A stretch of DNA of 64,000 nt from a virus. Below, one piece after another: positions 62,594 to 64,000 of this stretch. Each line of letters begins with the position of its first letter. Position 1 is the first letter of the stretch. The notes below the pieces were generated by a model. It was given only the letters and a program-made list of their open reading frames with translations. It was not told the origin of the DNA and searched no databases. The stretch covers positions 32,001-96,000 of the IMG/VR virus record IMGVR_UViG_3300034103_001442; one strand, given 5' to 3'. The position numbers and the translations under genes were made by a program.

Positions 62594-62601
62594 TATTTAT
62601 A
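62594..62601 (-). promoter_or_regulatory. Late promoter
   Basis: TATAAATA on the minus strand. Confidence 0.8.
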
Positions 62602-62626
62602 ATGGGAAGTTGATTTTTTCAAAAAA

Positions 62627-64000
62627 TTATTTAAAATTTTGGAATTTTGTTTTGTCAAATTTGAACTCTGTGATCTTTTCGCCAAACTTTCCCTTATCAG
62701 CCACTGGACCATCATCCATGATATTGTGTTGGGCTGCAACCTCAACATCATAGAGTTTCATCTTTGACCTATCAATACCAACAACAAATCTTCGGTTGTT
62801 GCCTGGATCACCATAACGGTTCTTCAACTGCTTGACCAAAATTTGGTTCATGCGTTCAAGTTCCTCAGTGCTGATCAACGCAAACATAAAGTCAGCCGTA
62901 GCAGGTAGACCAAATGACTCGGAGGTATCTTCAAGTCCAACATCAGAGTTTGTAAAGCCAGACCTGTTCGTTTGGGTTGCTGATATAATTGGAACGTTAG
63001 ACTCAACCGCAAGCCCACGCAACTCTTCAGCAATTGCCTTGATGTACATATAACTGTTGACATTGCTGTTTGGCTTGATTCTTGATGAGGCGCAAATGTT
63101 CAGATAGTCAATGTAGATAATATCAGGGACAAAGTTTTTCTTGACTTTCAACTCACCAAGCAGGTGGCGAAAGTTTGCCGAGCCAGCACAAGCAGTTGGA
63201 TACTCTTTGACGATCAACTTACCCTTGGCTTTTTCTCTAATTTTAGTAATCTTGCGGTCATATGAGTCTTTTGGTAAGTCCTTGAGTTCATCAAGGGTGA
63301 CATCCATAAGGTTGGCATCAATACGTTCAGCAATCTTTTCCTCAGCCATTTCCATGGTGATATACAAAACGTTGTAACCACTGATAAGGTTGTATGCCGC
63401 GCAATGACACATAAACAAAGATTTACCAACGCCTGTTCCCGCGAGCGCGATGTTCAAAGTTTTTTTGGGCAAACCGCCATCGGTAATTTTGTTAAAGTAT
63501 TCGAGGTCAAATGGAATCTTTGACTCACGCTTATGATACAATTCAAAACGTTCATCAGAGTCGAGAAGGAAGTCGTGACCGATGCTACTATCAAATGATA
63601 CACCAAGCGCATCAGATAAAATTTTTGGAATTGATCCAACTGAAATCTTATCGTCTTTTTTATCAACCAACTTAATGGCTTCCATCAATGCATTGTATAG
63701 TGCCTTGTCTTTACAAAACTCTTCAGTGCGGTCAACCAACCAATCGAGTTCACGGTCTTCACTTTCTTTCAGTGTTCCAATCAACTCTTTGGTTAATTTA
63801 AACTGCTCTTCATTCAGATCAGTTGAACTTTGAATATCAATCAGCAACGCTTCCTTGGTCGGAAGTTTGTTATATTGTTTTACATACTTATCAATCAATT
63901 CAAAAATAACTTTGTGATTGCGGTCACGGAAATAATCGACACGCAAAAACGGTATGACCTTACGGGCATACTCTTCCCTATATATCAGGTTACCAAAAAT
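62627..64000 (-). CDS. gp41: Replicative helicase gp41 (5' end beyond the window)
   Basis: LAGTGVGKSL, YITMEMAEE.IAERIDAN, IDYLNIC, IAEELRG, SATQT.R, TSESFGLPATAD, KQLKNRY; frame open to position 64000. Confidence 0.96.
   Translation of the reverse strand: MFGNLIYREEYARKVIPFLRVDYFRDRNHKVIFELIDKYVKQYNKLPTKEALLIDIQSSTDLNEEQFKLTKELIGTLKESEDRELDWLVDRTEEFCKDKALYNALMEAIKLVDKKDDKISVGSIPKILSDALGVSFDSSIGHDFLLDSDERFELYHKRESKIPFDLEYFNKITDGGLPKKTLNIALAGTGVGKSLFMCHCAAYNLISGYNVLYITMEMAEEKIAERIDANLMDVTLDELKDLPKDSYDRKITKIREKAKGKLIVKEYPTACAGSANFRHLLGELKVKKNFVPDIIYIDYLNICASSRIKPNSNVNSYMYIKAIAEELRGLAVESNVPIISATQTNRSGFTNSDVGLEDTSESFGLPATADFMFALISTEELERMNQILVKQLKNRYGDPGNNRRFVVGIDRSKMKLYDVEVAAQHNIMDDGPVADKGKFGEKITEFKFDKTKFQNFK

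Noticed and set aside
1-64000. Stop-codon reassignment, reverse transcriptase/retron/DGR, integrase or transposase
   Set aside because: Core genes are full-length under the standard code with all three stops in use, and no RT or recombinase motifs were seen

Overview
A 64-kb segment of a large T4-like myophage genome. It is densely coding, mostly on the minus strand, and uses the standard genetic code. It holds baseplate/tail genes (gp7 fragment, gp6, gp25, gp5, hub, gp53, gp48, gp54, gp26/gp51, tail hydrolase), gp4/gp2, and replication and late-transcription genes (gp32, gp59, gp33, rnh, gp61, partial gp41). Nucleotide metabolism genes are nrdA, nrdB, glutaredoxin, thyX and guaC, and there is a lysis-type membrane/spanin cluster. 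Auxiliary genes include a carbamoyltransferase, peroxiredoxin, Dps, phoH-exonuclease-pstS-porin, and a HAD-glycosyltransferase-hddA-gmhA heptose cluster. Two arrays of small early genes are driven by a repeated sigma70-type promoter. The host is probably a Gram-negative proteobacterium, perhaps Alphaproteobacteria (inferred from the two-piece tmRNA and the PstS/Prx types). Signals the ORF track does not explain: (1) a circularly permuted tmRNA with tag ANDSNYDMALAA; (2) a likely programmed -1 frameshift fusing gp26 to a start-less gp51 ORF; (3) large proteins punctuated by repeated EEVEQVDE-type motifs that look like protease-processed polyproteins, alongside T4-like capsid-targeting N-termini; (4) a stand-alone late structured ncRNA near 62.5 kb; (5) structured leaders upstream of guaC and of the 850-aa protein; (6) many apparently leaderless early mRNAs; (7) TonB-box-like motifs in two baseplate-region proteins. 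All assignments come from reading motifs and synteny; no database search was run.
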